DNA of 63,972 nt, counting the filler, from Neolecta irregularis DAH-3 (Eukaryota), in the NCBI GenBank assembly GCA_001929475.1. It is 4 parts of 4 records of this genome, joined end to end, with 100 filler letters (N's around TTAATTAATTAA, not from the genome) between each part and the next. Parts side by side here need not be neighbours in the genome. Positions count along the whole stretch, not along the records: positions 9,280 to 30,448 come from LXFE01003116.1; positions 30,549 to 61,702 come from LXFE01003117.1; 2 more parts are not named here. One strand, written 5' to 3'. The notes beneath the pieces were generated by a model that made no database searches, was not told where the DNA came from, and was given only the letters and a program-made list of their open reading frames with translations. How positions within the stretch are numbered: the first letter of the stretch is position 1; the number at the start of each line of letters is the position of its first letter. Of this stretch, positions 26,594 through 37,959 are shown in pieces. The position numbers and the translations under genes are program-made.

Positions 26594-27268
26594 GATGAAA
26601 AGACCTCTGGTGGTTGGCTGGTGTTAATCGATCCTGTTGAAATAGTCGTGCCCCTGCCCCTATTGGCTTGGAAACATTCTTGGGGCGTTCCACGACTAGA
26701 TAAACAAAGAAAAGTACAACCCAATTCTGCCAATATAAATAAATTAAACGCTCAAATGAAAGAAAATAGACTAGAAATTGCAGGGGCCAGAGCGATAGCT
26801 GCATTTGCAAGGAAAATAACCAGCTCACTGGCCAAACCCTAGCGTCGTATGTAGTACTTGAGGGCGAAACTGGAACCAAATGCAAACCCCAGCATATACA
26901 ATGCCTCAAGTTGGTGTTTGACCAAGAATATCAACAGGATGCTGTACATATACCTGGAAGCTCTAGAGTGTGATAGCGATCTGATCTAGTAGGGCAGCAA
27001 TTGATATTAGATTGAGATGGGTGAGGACTTTCAGGAAATCGATATGACATTCTGAAGAAACCACTCGAGCTAAAAACAATGAAAGGGGGGAAAATCAACA
27101 AAACTTTGGCAGATGGAAAGGAAACATGAGAGTAACGAAGTGGTAGAATAAAAGAACCCGCGGCCGACCACCCTTCCACTGCAATGCAATCCACCATGAA
27201 ACAAACATCCCCCCAATAAGTGATACGCCAGATGAATATAAGCAATTCCTTTGGGATATGTCGATCAC

Positions 27269-28207
27269 TTAATGAACGAAGATGCCTAGACTTTGGAGAG
27301 CTTTAACGGCACCGTGGAGGAGGTTGTTGGTTGCAGTGCTCGTTATGACAGATTCCGTATTAAACCTGATTTCGGGGATTCGAACTCCCCAAACGGCGAA
27401 TTCATCCCACTGGACATCGGCTGGTCCAGATGCGAGAAAGTCGTCTTTTGGAGATTTGCATGGTCCATTGTCAAAGAATTGAGGTTGTTGCCAAGACTTT
27501 GCGAGTTGATTGTAAACGGCAGTATCAAAAGGAGGCGGTGATGGTGGTAACATGGATTCCGGAGCAGGAATTTGCGGGATATTTTGGCTCTGCTGTATTT
27601 GTAGATTAAGGAGATCCTGAGCGAGTTTTTTATTTTCAGCTTTCAGTTTTTCTAGGTCGGCGTTGGAAACCTCTGTTATGCGACGGTTTTCCCTTTTAAG
27701 ATCTATGACTTGCTCGCGAAGTTTGCTGTTTTCCGAGTTTTGTTTCTGGACAAGCTCTTCGAGTTGATTGATGTATTCTGGGTGGTTGGATTGACTCCAA
27801 GACGTGGGAGACAAACCTTTTCTTCTCACTCTGAAATTCCTAGCAGACACTTTATTCCTGATTTGCCGACGTTCTTTTGAGCTCAGTTTCTTTCCTTCCT
27901 CGCTATTGAGAAAGACTTCTTCGTCGTCCAACTCTTTCTTTGAGGGACGCGGGGGTATAGCGGAGAGTTCTGGTACCGGAGACATCGGCTCGTCTTTGAA
28001 GGACTCATCATCGTCATCGTCTTCTTCCTTGATTGACGGCGAGACTCGGACGGCCTTCACGGCGCGAGATCTCGTTGCTGGGGTCTGGAACGACTCGACC
28101 AGAGAGGGGTCGATAGTGCCGTTTGCACGGAGATAGGCAGCCGGATTGACATCCTTTGCGGAGTAGTGGAGATTCAGATGGTAGTTTGAATGGCACTGGG
28201 CAGCCAT
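27269..28207 (-). CDS. bZIP transcription factor
   Basis: SEEGKKLSSKERRQIRNKVSARNFRVRRK|EYINQLE plus heptad leucines; start codon uncertain. Confidence 0.85.
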   Translation of the reverse strand: MAAQCHSNYHLNLHYSAKDVNPAAYLRANGTIDPSLVESFQTPATRSRAVKAVRVSPSIKEEDDDDDESFKDEPMSPVPELSAIPPRPSKKELDDEEVFLNSEEGKKLSSKERRQIRNKVSARNFRVRRKGLSPTSWSQSNHPEYINQLEELVQKQNSENSKLREQVIDLKRENRRITEVSNADLEKLKAENKKLAQDLLNLQIQQSQNIPQIPAPESMLPPSPPPFDTAVYNQLAKSWQQPQFFDNGPCKSPKDDFLASGPADVQWDEFAVWGVRIPEIRFNTESVITSTATNNLLHGAVKALQSLGIFVH

Positions 28208-28564
28208 GGAGAATGGTGGTTGGTATGGAGGAGGGTGTTTTTGGAAGGGGCAGAAGGTGGATGAAGAGGCAGCTAATGCCCGGGATTGGCGGCTCAAATG
28301 GAATCGCGACACGCCCGCATATACTCACCTATTGCCTGCTAGCGACTATCCGCTTGCAGGTCATCTATTCCTGCTTGCGCATCCGAGTCCAGCCTGCAAA
28401 AACAAAGTTATCATAGGCCAGATCAGCGCAGAAACACCGGCGAGAAGCCGAAAGAGCGTCCAGCGTAAATTAGTGGGCTTTATAAAGGCCGCTAATTAGC
28501 CCATCTGGTCGCGAGCAGTCAATGCAAGCTACCATTCGCGCTACACTTTTCTCCAGACCCCACC

Positions 28565-28944
28565 ATGGTATGTTGCTTTTCTTGCAGTCTAACATATCCA
28601 GCCAAAAGCAGTCACCGCAACCTCATCGGGGCCTAAAGGCAGCAAGAAGAAGAAGTGGTCCAAGGGAAAGGTCAAGGAGAAGGCCAACAGCGCCGTCATG
28701 GTCGACCAGAATATCTACGACAAGCTGTTTAAAGAAGTTGGATCATATCGTCTCATTAGTGTCTCTGTATTGATGGATCGTCTAAAGATCAATGGATCGC
28801 TGGCTAGAGCAGCGCTGAAGGAACTGGAAGCACAAGGTCTCATCAAGAAGATCGAGACACACCATTCTCAGCTCATCTACAGTACGGCTTCACTTTGCGT
28901 TCACACTAATCACTATAGCTCGGTCGACTGCTGCTGCCGAGTAA
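28565..28944 (+). CDS. RPS25: 40S ribosomal protein S25
   Basis: KKKKWSKGKVKEKA...YDKLFKEV...RLKINGSLARAALKEL...HHSQLIY; two introns. Confidence 0.96.
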
Positions 28945-29657
28945 TATTGAATATCTTTGTACATCCGAATATATCCTCAAAACTGTCCCGTTAGACCTCT
29001 TAGTAGCTTGTCGAATTCGGGCCAATATCTTTTCGGCGCTCGCACCCAACATCTCTCTTAGAGTGTTTTGTATTATCAGCAATCACCCATGCAAACTTCA
29101 CCTCTGTAGAGTTTAACTCTGACCGCTTTTGGCGAGACCACTTGACTGCCTGTCTGTAACCTGTGAGTACCAATTCCAATCTTTACAACCCGAAATAGAT
29201 TCGAGCCTTATAGACTCGAGCCTCCTTAAGAATATCTATGGGCGGACTTTCTAGCGACCCTACCTTTTCAACAGGTTGAAATGGTCTGCGAATGGCAATC
29301 GGAAGAGTTGAAACTTTGATGTTTCGCGGTCATTAGTTAGCCTGGGATATATGTGACTATTCTATTTACTAAATATCTAGATGTGTTGCTTATATGAGCA
29401 AACTAGAATGTTTACAAAGCGCACTTGAGTCATCTGAGCTTTGTTCATCTTTTACGAGTAATTGACACAAAGACATCATAGACGGTATGTTGAACAATTA
29501 GATGAAAACAGAAAGAATTGCTCGCAGAGTCCTTTAGAATGATTTAGGGTTAGGGGTAGGGTATTTAAGGATTGAAAACTTGCATTTGCATGCAAGGGAA
29601 ATTACACGCGGATAATCTGATTTGAGGCTTCTTGTTCCAACTCGGCATTAATTCATC

Positions 29658-29939
29658 ATGTCCGAAGAACCCACTCTACCCCTTGCAGTTCTCGCGCGCA
29701 TTTTCCAGTTGCATTACACAAATCCCAATACCAAGATTTCCAAGCTCGCATTGGTATGCAGTGCCGAGTACCTACGAATATTTGTCAAAGAAGCCGTGCT
29801 CAGATCGCTAGACTCAAAGACGCGTAGTGGAGGGAACACAAGTATGCTTGAAAAGGAAGATTTGGAAAAGATTGCGGCACAGGGATTCTCCCTTGGCAAA
29901 TCCATGGCTAATTCACAGATGATTCTTGATTTCTCGTAA
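29658..29939 (+). CDS. MHF2: CENP-X/Mhf2 histone-fold protein
   Basis: LARIF....TKIS..AL...EYLRIFVKEAVLRS...LEKEDLEKIAAQ..ILDF. Confidence 0.85.
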   Translation: MSEEPTLPLAVLARIFQLHYTNPNTKISKLALVCSAEYLRIFVKEAVLRSLDSKTRSGGNTSMLEKEDLEKIAAQGFSLGKSMANSQMILDFS

Positions 29940-30244
29940 ATATGCTGCAAAGGATAGCTGGCTTTGTAGATCCCTGTTCTCGTCAGGGATCCTTTGCTCT
30001 GTTTGATGGACGTGTAAATTATTTACGGACATCGTGTATCTTTCATCTTTCTCCAAGGAACAGTCTATTCTTGATGAATGCCATTCAAAGTTGATTGTCA
30101 AATCTCGAATGTCCAACTTGAAACGTGATAGGTCAGCAGCCATGTATTCATCGTGTTTCACTTACGTGTCGCTTAAAAGATGCTTGGATCCTGCATTCCA
30201 TCTTGTGTTTCAACATTTTCTTCAATTCTTGAGCAAGTCTCGAT

Positions 30245-30448
30245 ATGCAATTATCCTCCGTTTCCTTGATCGTTTTTGTTTCTTTACAGGGCAGGTGAAT
30301 ATTCTCCGATCCCCGACAAGCACTGACTAATACAGTGCCTTTGCAGAAAACCATATTGTTGCGGTTGGAAAAGATATGCTGGCATTCACTCCTGATAAAC
30401 TTGTTGCGAACGTGGATGATACCGTTGAATTTCAGTTTTATCCAAAGG
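30245..30448 (+). CDS. 5' part (signal peptide) of the cupredoxin-like secreted protein that continues at 9280
   Basis: MQLSSVSLIVFVSL...AFAENHIVAVGKDMLAFTPD; last 66 bp identical to 9280-9345. Confidence 0.8.
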
Positions 30449-30548
30449 NNNNNNNNNNNNNNNNNNNNNNNNNNNNNNNNNNNNNNNNNNNNTTAATTAA
30501 TTAANNNNNNNNNNNNNNNNNNNNNNNNNNNNNNNNNNNNNNNNNNNN
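30449..30548. other. Artificial scaffold-concatenation linker
   Basis: N-TTAATTAATTAA-N, 100 nt. Confidence 0.97.
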
Positions 30549-30918
30549 TCTGGTTCTGCGTCTGCAACTGCGACTGCATCTGTGCAAGCTGCTGCTGGCG
30601 CTGGCGGACAAACACCTCGTAGGGCAGCAAGTAGTTTTTAAACGCGAGTTCCATCGCACCCCCGTGGCCTTCTACAAATCCCAGCCCCTGAGCAACCTGG
30701 CCCCACTGCCCCGTTTCGGCAATCTTTTGCGAACCGCCAAGCCGCAGGATCATCGCATACAGGCTGATCAGGTTCAGCTGCCGCCCTTCAATCTGCGGCA
30801 TCTCGCGGATGGGCGTCCCGCGCTTACTCATAAAATCAAATAGCGACCGCAAAAAGGCATTCCCATTGTTGTTCGCCGCCGTCTGTTGGCTTGGTCCGGT
30901 CGCCTGCTGGCTCTGCAT
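30549..30918 (-). CDS. ARID-domain protein, N-terminal fragment (SWI/SNF Swi1/Sol1-like)
   Basis: FLRSLFDFMSKRGTP...LNLISLYAMILRLGG....W..VAQ.LG...YLLPYE then poly-Q; truncated by the linker. Confidence 0.75.
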
Positions 30919-30998
30919 CTCGCGTTAGGCGTATGCTATGTGTATCAGTAGTGCGATTGCTGTGTTGTTGGGCGAGTTTCAACTCGAACCTCACCACC

Positions 30999-31846
30999 AT
31001 GTCTGTTCCTGCTAGTCCCTCTTCAATTCTCTCCCGCCCAATTTCTCATTCTCCTTCCTCTCCTCCATCCTTTTCCCTAACCTCCCCTTTCCAATCTCCT
31101 CCTCCATCCCTCTCCTTAACCCCGCATACAAGCAAAAGAGCTACCCGCAATCTCGCTCTACGCCGCTTCTATGGCCTTGACAGCGCAACAGCCTCCTCGA
31201 CCTCAAATGGCACCAGCCCATCAATACCCGCAATTCCAGGAATAGACAGCGAAGATTTTTATGCCTCCAAGTTCGTCGATGATTTTCTCGCAAGAGCTTC
31301 GCTGCATGAGCTTATTCGGACAGAGAACGACCTGATTGCAGGTATACAATCAGCCTGCCTCACCCTGACCACAGAGATTAAAACCATCGATGGTGAAAGA
31401 AAGGCTCTAGTCTATGACAACTACAGTAAACTCATCGCTGCCACTGACACTATCCAGAGAGTATTCACCACCTACCTCCATGTCTCATTTGTCAGATGCG
31501 GTCCAACCTCAAACCTCTTGACCCAGAGACCTCACTGCTCATCCCAACCTTGGACAACATCACCTCTCTGTGTATTGCCTTGGGCAAAAAACTCAAGCAA
31601 GAGCTCGTCTTTCAGAGGGAACATTCCCCAGAGTTCGTCCTAGATGACGCCTACAAACACATCAAGACCGTTCAGTGGGCCATCGATGGGCCTCTTCACA
31701 TACAAAGTCTTGTCAAACAAGAAAGATATGACCAGGCAAGGAAAGAATACGACAAACTCATTACTAATACACTTGATTGGAATGCAAAGGATATCACAAA
31801 ACTGAGGGCGGACGCCAAAAAGGCAATTGATGGCATACCATCGTAA
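30999..31846 (+). CDS. VPS51: GARP/EARP subunit Vps51/Ang2
   Basis: ALRRFYGL, IDSEDF...V..L....L.EL...EN.L..EIK.IDGERKALVYDNYSKLIAATDTI. Confidence 0.88.
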
Positions 31847-31859
31847 TCTGACTCATTAA

Positions 31860-33026
31860 CTATATGATAACCAATGGGTCTCTGTCTTCTTCACTGCAGA
31901 GAACCTTTGCGCCCAGAGAATCCTGTGACAGCAGTGTTGCCAATTTGTGCTGCATTACCGCGCTCAGAAACCCCCGTTCCGTATTCGAATGTCCGCCTGC
32001 CGAGTCAGCTTGAAAGATAAAGACCACTACAAATAACAGTACTCGTTCCTGACGCCAGATTGGCTAGCAGTTCATGGTGGCCAAGTTCCCCTGTAAAAAA
32101 TACATCGGCTTTGACTCTGCGGAATACCGACCCGCCTATGTTGTCAATTTAAATTCCCGAGATATCAACCTGAGCCAGCGCAGATGCCGATTGTTTTGAT
32201 AACCTCTGAAGGATTATCACCACTATGGTGTTCTGCAATTGAAGCTTGTACTGAACCGTCAATCAAGTCTACATTCAACCCACCGTTGTGCAATCCCAAA
32301 TGTAATTTAATCCTCGTTACCAGCGTTAAGAATGATATCCCTTCTCTAAGCGTAACCAGTCTCCCCATTCCAGACCCTTCATGTCCTTCAATCGTAACTT
32401 GTGACNNNNNNNNNNGCCCACCGTTGTGCAATCCCAAATGTAATTTAATCCTCGTTACCAGCGTTAAGAATGATATGCCTTCTCTAAGCGTAACCAGTCT
32501 CCCCATTCCAGACCCTTCATGTCCTTCAATCGTAACTTGTGACTCTTCAATAGCCTCTCTACTTCTTTCATTCTCTCCCCCACCAGAAACACCATTGGCT
32601 AGCCAGTCATTGATTCCACCAATAGCAGCATCAACGCTCGTATGCGGACAATACACACTTATCCCAGCAGCTGCCAGCTGTAATAATGAGCTCTGCTGCG
32701 AATCCCCCATTGTCAACGATTTTAACCCTCGAAAGATAATCGGATCTACCCAAAGTATATAAGCACAATCCCATCGATGCTCAGTAATCACGATAAGCAA
32801 CAATCACACCCGCGCCTTTCTGAATAGCTTCCTGCGCAACAGATCTCGTCAAATCAATGGTCAACAACACATTTCTCTTTCCCGGATCTACAAATGGCGA
32901 TTCAAGAAGAAGACCAGTGTTGTCCCATGACTTATCCGCCAATTCCAATGGATATAAACTCTTCATTGAACGCATTACGCTGGATAAAAGTGACTTTGAG
33001 CCATGTATCGTCGACGGTATCGACAT
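31860..33026 (-). CDS. NIF3: NIF3/NGG1-interacting factor 3 (contains an artefactual duplicated segment)
   Basis: LADKSWDNTGLL, LLTIDL, AY|PIIF, PHTSVDA..GGINDWL, GMGR, ICAGSG, TGELGHH, HSNTERGF. Confidence 0.92.
32279..32543. repeat. Two near-identical 127-bp copies flanking a 10-N gap (allelic bubble)
   Basis: 32279-32405 vs 32417-32543, differing at C32339/G32477. Confidence 0.9.
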
Positions 33027-33094
33027 GGTGGAGGTGGTGATTAGTGAGGATCCAAAAAAATACCCATTAACCTACTTAATCAGGTTCTGACGTG

Positions 33095-33450
33095 ATGGCG
33101 TCGCTCGATATAATCACCGCGCTGTCTCTCAAGGAGATTATTAAAACCAGGCTAGAGGCGGAGTTAGTCGAGGTGGAAGATATTTCGGGTACGTTTGTAA
33201 TTATGATAAAGAGAAGCTGAATGGCAGGAGGCTGTGGACAGGCTTTTGAATGTATCATTGTCTCTAAACTGTTTGAAGGGAAGAAAACCATCCAACGACA
33301 TCGACAGGTATCCTTTTTAAGAATTAAGCTAATGGATAGGTAAACTCAGAGTTGAAAGATATCATTTCTCGGGTCCATGCGTTTAGTCAGAAGAGCTTTA
33401 CACCAACGGAATGGGTTAAAAATGCTAAAGGAACAATGGATGCGCTTTAA
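33095..33450 (+). CDS. FRA2: BolA-family protein (Fra2/Bol2-like)
   Basis: [51 protein letters not shown]. Confidence 0.88.
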
Positions 33451-33567
33451 ATTATTGGGACAAGTAAATGAATTTGGAAATCTTTGGAGAGGGGCGTTGG
33501 CTGGGATTTCTGCCGCAGAAAAATGGACCTCTGTACATACATTGTCTGAATTACAAAATTCCAATGT

Positions 33568-36273
33568 CTAAAATAATCCAAGCATATCTTCCTCTGCCGA
33601 TTGGTGATTTTGAGGTTGTTGGTTTGGAGCTGGTGTCGATTCCCATAAATTATCGTGTAACGAAAGGGCATCAAATGGTGGAGTTGTCGATGTTCCTGGT
33701 TTTGGAGTAGGTGCGTTTTGTGTCTGTGCGTTTGAATTTGAATTGAACATTGAGAAAAGGTCGTCCATTGTAGATGTGGGAGTCGCGGATGATGCTACTG
33801 GAGCGTTTTGTGCTGATGGCAGGTCAGGAGATTGAACAATAGGAGATGGATCCAGTTCAAAATCTAGCAGATTCTCAATATTGCTTTTCTGTGCAGATGG
33901 TTGAATTGGATTCTCTCGAGCGATCTGCTTCAGTTCACTGGATGGTCAAAAGTGCTCTCGGTAGATACATACTCAATTGCTTGTTGTTGAACATCATCCA
34001 CACCCTGACTTCCAGATTTAAGGAATGTGCTGGCGGGGCGATGATATACTGCAGCCAAGGTCGACAATTCCGCAATCATTTCTCGGAGTAATTGTGGCGA
34101 AAGGCAATTTCCATTACTTGAAATTGGCTCTCTTGGAGCAAGAACGATATCCTGGGAAAATCAGATTCTTCTCGGATTTAACGGAACAACCTTTGAGATT
34201 TCAGGGCTGCTCGATAAAAGCCGCCAATAAATATATGCACGGTCTCGCAAGTCTGGATTATCGCATTCTGAAGTAGCTGTTTGCAACATCTTTTGTACTA
34301 ATTCTTGATTCATCTTTGGTTTTTTGAGGAACAGTTTGACTGTTGCCGCGAGTAGTTGTAATTGTACCTTTAAATAAATCCAAGAGTCATAAAATTGAAA
34401 CTTGCCTGTGTTGTCTCGTCTTTGAAATTCTCGAGATACATGGATAGCAGTTCATTCGCATTCTCGATTCTCTCTGCATATTCTCCAATAATCCAGATCA
34501 ACGCTCCTTGAGCAGCAGGATCGTCCAATTCATCTATATTTTCGCAAAGTTGTGGGATGATTCCTTCATAACACGATGGATATTTTCGAAAGATATCCTG
34601 ATGCTTAGTCAAGGTAGTCGAAAACATCACCTTGATGACCACCACTGCTTCCTGCACCACATAATTGACTTTAGTATTGATCAAATCTAAAAGAACATTG
34701 ATGCAACGCTCTGCGGCGCCATTCAACTTGATTGCACACTGACCAATCGCGCGAACAGCGCGTCTCACAAATTCTACATCGACTTCAGAAGCATACCTTG
34801 ATGGTCAGTGTATACAAGTTTCAACTAGCATACTCCTTTAGCTCCATCAACAGCTGGTCCATATTCTTCTCATTCGCTAGCTTTATCATAATCTCCAGTT
34901 TTTCAAATTTCACATATTCCGGATCATTATATTTGCAAAAAAACACACGCAACTCTTTGCCCAGAATCTCTGGATATTTTTGGAGAATCAAATTGATATT
35001 TCTGAGAGCGACGTATTGGACTTCTGGAGCAGTAGATAGAAGAGTGACTAGCTAATGAGATTCTCAATGCTAGCAACGATACCAAGTGGAGGAGCCATTT
35101 TCTTTAGTAATTGCCGCTGCATGTCCTCTCCAACTGTTTCCAAATGCATTAGAATAACCTTAACGGCGCTCATAACGACACCTGCATTTGCATGTTGAAA
35201 TTGCGGTACAACTCGCTCGCATATGTGTTCGGCTTGGGTAGCATCGGTTGTCTTGTAGTTTGCTAAGGAAGTAAGAACAGCGATTCGTCCCCATCTAAAA
35301 ATTGTGAGATTTGTAAAACAAGCACAAAATATATACTCTGTGCATTCGTTTAGAGCTATGAGCAGTTTACTAAGGGATCCACTGGAGACTCTTAATGCGC
35401 GGGTCTCGGGTGCTGTTTCTTGGATTTCAGAAAGCGCCTGTACTGCATTTGCAACAACCTGCCCAGTTAAGCCAGTTCATTCGCAATATATACCATAGGG
35501 TTTCCATCGCCTAAAAGTTCTTGAAGATTATTTATGAATCCATTTTCGATAGCCATTTCAGGATTAAGATCGAATAGTTTGGCGACACATATAGCAGCAG
35601 TTTTCCTTACGTAGGGGCTTTCATCCTACAGATTAATCCTAAAGGAAAGACGAAACATGCTTTCAGCCCTTTACGAAGGGGTTCAGTAATATAATCGATC
35701 ATTTTGTCAACCCGAATGCAACCCATTGTCCGAATTGCAAGTGCCCTTACCAACGGATTTGGATCCTCCGAGTCCTGTGATTTCATTAACGTATCCTGTA
35801 GATAAAAGGCACCTGCACAAACGTATTAACAGCCAGAATACATAGATCAGGATGTGTCTTGGCGTAATTCCTATCACATCAGCCGAGAGGTTCGCCGAGC
35901 CCCCAACATTAGATATAAATAAACCAACTTCTTCTGAGCGAGATCGTGAGTCGCAATATTTTTCAAAACGTCGGGAAATAATGCAGAAACATCTTTCCCC
36001 AGTGTCATAGCAGCAATTGTCCGCTGGATTGCTTCCTTGCTGTGGAGTATTAGATATGAAGAAAGCAATGACGAACCGCTCATATGCATATTGTGAAACG
36101 AGGCCGCTCCGAAGTTCGAAAGTCTCACCTTTGAGGACGTTAGCTAGTTGACGAGATTTATTGCGAATATGAGTTGCTAACTTGTGTTGCATTTATGGAA
36201 ATGGAGGTTCAAGTTTAGACGCACCTTTTCGCGGAATCGTGCCGCTGCTAGTTTCGCGAGTAGTAGTGGCCAT
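33568..36273 (-). CDS. APL2: AP-1 adaptor complex beta subunit
   Basis: [82 protein letters not shown]-terminal DMLGLF; many introns. Confidence 0.9.
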
Positions 36274-36693
36274 CGTAAGGTGCACAATGACTGATATTGA
36301 GGATTACAGGTGGTGAACTCGATATTTGCACTGGATTCGTGGGTTGGTAAACTGGTTGTTCCAATGGAGGCTGACAGTAGGGGCAGATTGGCATTTCCAC
36401 ACCGGCGAGCAAAGTAGAAAATGGCAGTACTCCATTTTCAATCCACAGCTAAGCAATAGGCGTTGCCTAACCTCCGAAAGATATTCGCAGATTTTAGGAC
36501 AGTCGATGAGGAAAGAGCGGTTAGTAGAGCTGCTGTGCATTCATTTATCTGCATATTGAAGCTCATCCGTCTAGTTCTTCAATCTCGTAGGCTTTATTGC
36601 TTCTTGCATTGCTTTCAATTGGATAGCCGGTAAACAACAGAACTATTAGAGATCTGACTTAGAATCATCCAGCATTAACATAAACAACCCACA

Positions 36694-37694
36694 TTACTCG
36701 TCACTACTCTGATTGCCCAGAAATCCAAAGTCAATACCCTTTGGCGCAGGTTCTCCCGGTATTTTGTCCGGAACCTGTTGTTTTCTATCAACTCTCTGCC
36801 GTTCTTCTTCATCTTGTTGCAATGAAGCAACATCAGCTTGAAATTCGCGTTCTTCCTTGACCTTTTGCGCCCGTTCTGTAGGTATAAGCGCAACAACAAG
36901 GAGGTCAAACCCTTTGAAAATCTTCCCGTAATTCCAAGTGAAACCAAGATACTCTTGAGGTATTTGACTTTAGCCTTGTCCGTTCCATATGGCGCCAATT
37001 CCTTCTGCCAGTGCTTGATATATCCACATAAGCGAAGTTGTTGTTTATATTTCTTGATCTCTTCCTCAATCAGAGATGGTACCTTGCCATGAATAATGTG
37101 TACCAAGTCAGAATTACCTCATTTTCAGAAATTTTCTTTGGATTTTTCTTCACTGCAGCAGTAATTTGGGAATCAGGCTTATCTTTTGCCATCTTGTTGG
37201 TGCGTTTCTTCCTCGGTTTGGTGGGTTCATCGATTAATACCGACATATCACTCTTATTTTCATCTCCATCTGCAGAGGGTGACCTTGGTCCTTGAGCATC
37301 TTCAACAGATTGGGCTATGGAGGTGGCCTTGCTATTTTCGACCAACTTTTCGTGTTTCATCCCTTTCCTCTTCTTCCCAGATGGTTCAAGGACTTCGGCA
37401 TCCTTTGGAGGGTCATTTGAAGATTTTCTTTTCTTAGGTGGGATTGACTCTATTGACTCGCCATCCAATGCAGTCTACCATCAACAACCCGTTCTATACT
37501 GAAGAGAATACCAAGGCTTCGTCTACAGTTTGGCGCACGAAATCTTTGTAGACGGGCTCTTTGAGAGAATCTTTCTCAAGATTCAGCCTCGACTCAACCT
37601 CGCTTCGGATGCTCTTCAAAGTGCAAGCTTCGAGGTCTGCATTCTTTACAAGCTCACGAACAGTAGATTTAATGTTTTCGAAGGAGCGCGACAT
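36694..37694 (-). CDS. DEK-C-domain / HIRIP3-like chromatin protein
   Basis: N-terminal LEACTLKSIRSEVESRLNL, charged middle region, IKKYKQQLRLCG..K.W.KEL...LGITGRFS.E. Confidence 0.6.
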
Positions 37695-37842
37695 TTTTAC
37701 GCGGGCCCAGAAGCGAAAACTCTACGTGTCTCCTCTCAACAGGTTCTATAATTGTAACCCAGGGGTCTTTGGGGTTTTCCCGTTCTGTTTAGCAGCATAT
37801 AGTCCACAGACAAGGAGATAAAGTATGTACAAGGAATGAAAG

Positions 37843-37861
37843 ACGTCAGAAAAGACGTCAT
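37843..37861 (-). promoter_or_regulatory. Two TGACGT CRE half-sites (one is ATGACGT, the M26-type Atf1/Pcr1 site) about 100 bp upstream of TPS1
   Basis: ACGTCA at 37843-37848 and ACGTCAT at 37855-37861; tps1 is an Atf1 target in fission yeast. Confidence 0.45.
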
Positions 37862-37959
37862 GGTTTGCTGGTAGTCCGTGGCTGCCCTGTTTAACAAATC
37901 ACTTCGAGTAATAAACCGCTGTATACCACTGGGCTCGTTTGGCGAAAAATACCACCGAC

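Noticed and set aside
28990-29480. Possible small spliced gene on the minus strand between RPS25 and MHF2
   Set aside because: No convincing frame or recognisable motif could be assembled.
29544-29561. TTAGGGTTAGGGGTAGGG telomere-like motif
   Set aside because: Only two perfect units and internal to a gene-dense region. It could be a Myb-type factor site, but nothing supports that.
32279-32543. Apparent internal tandem duplication in NIF3
   Set aside because: The copies flank a 10-N gap and differ by SNPs, which points to an assembly bubble.
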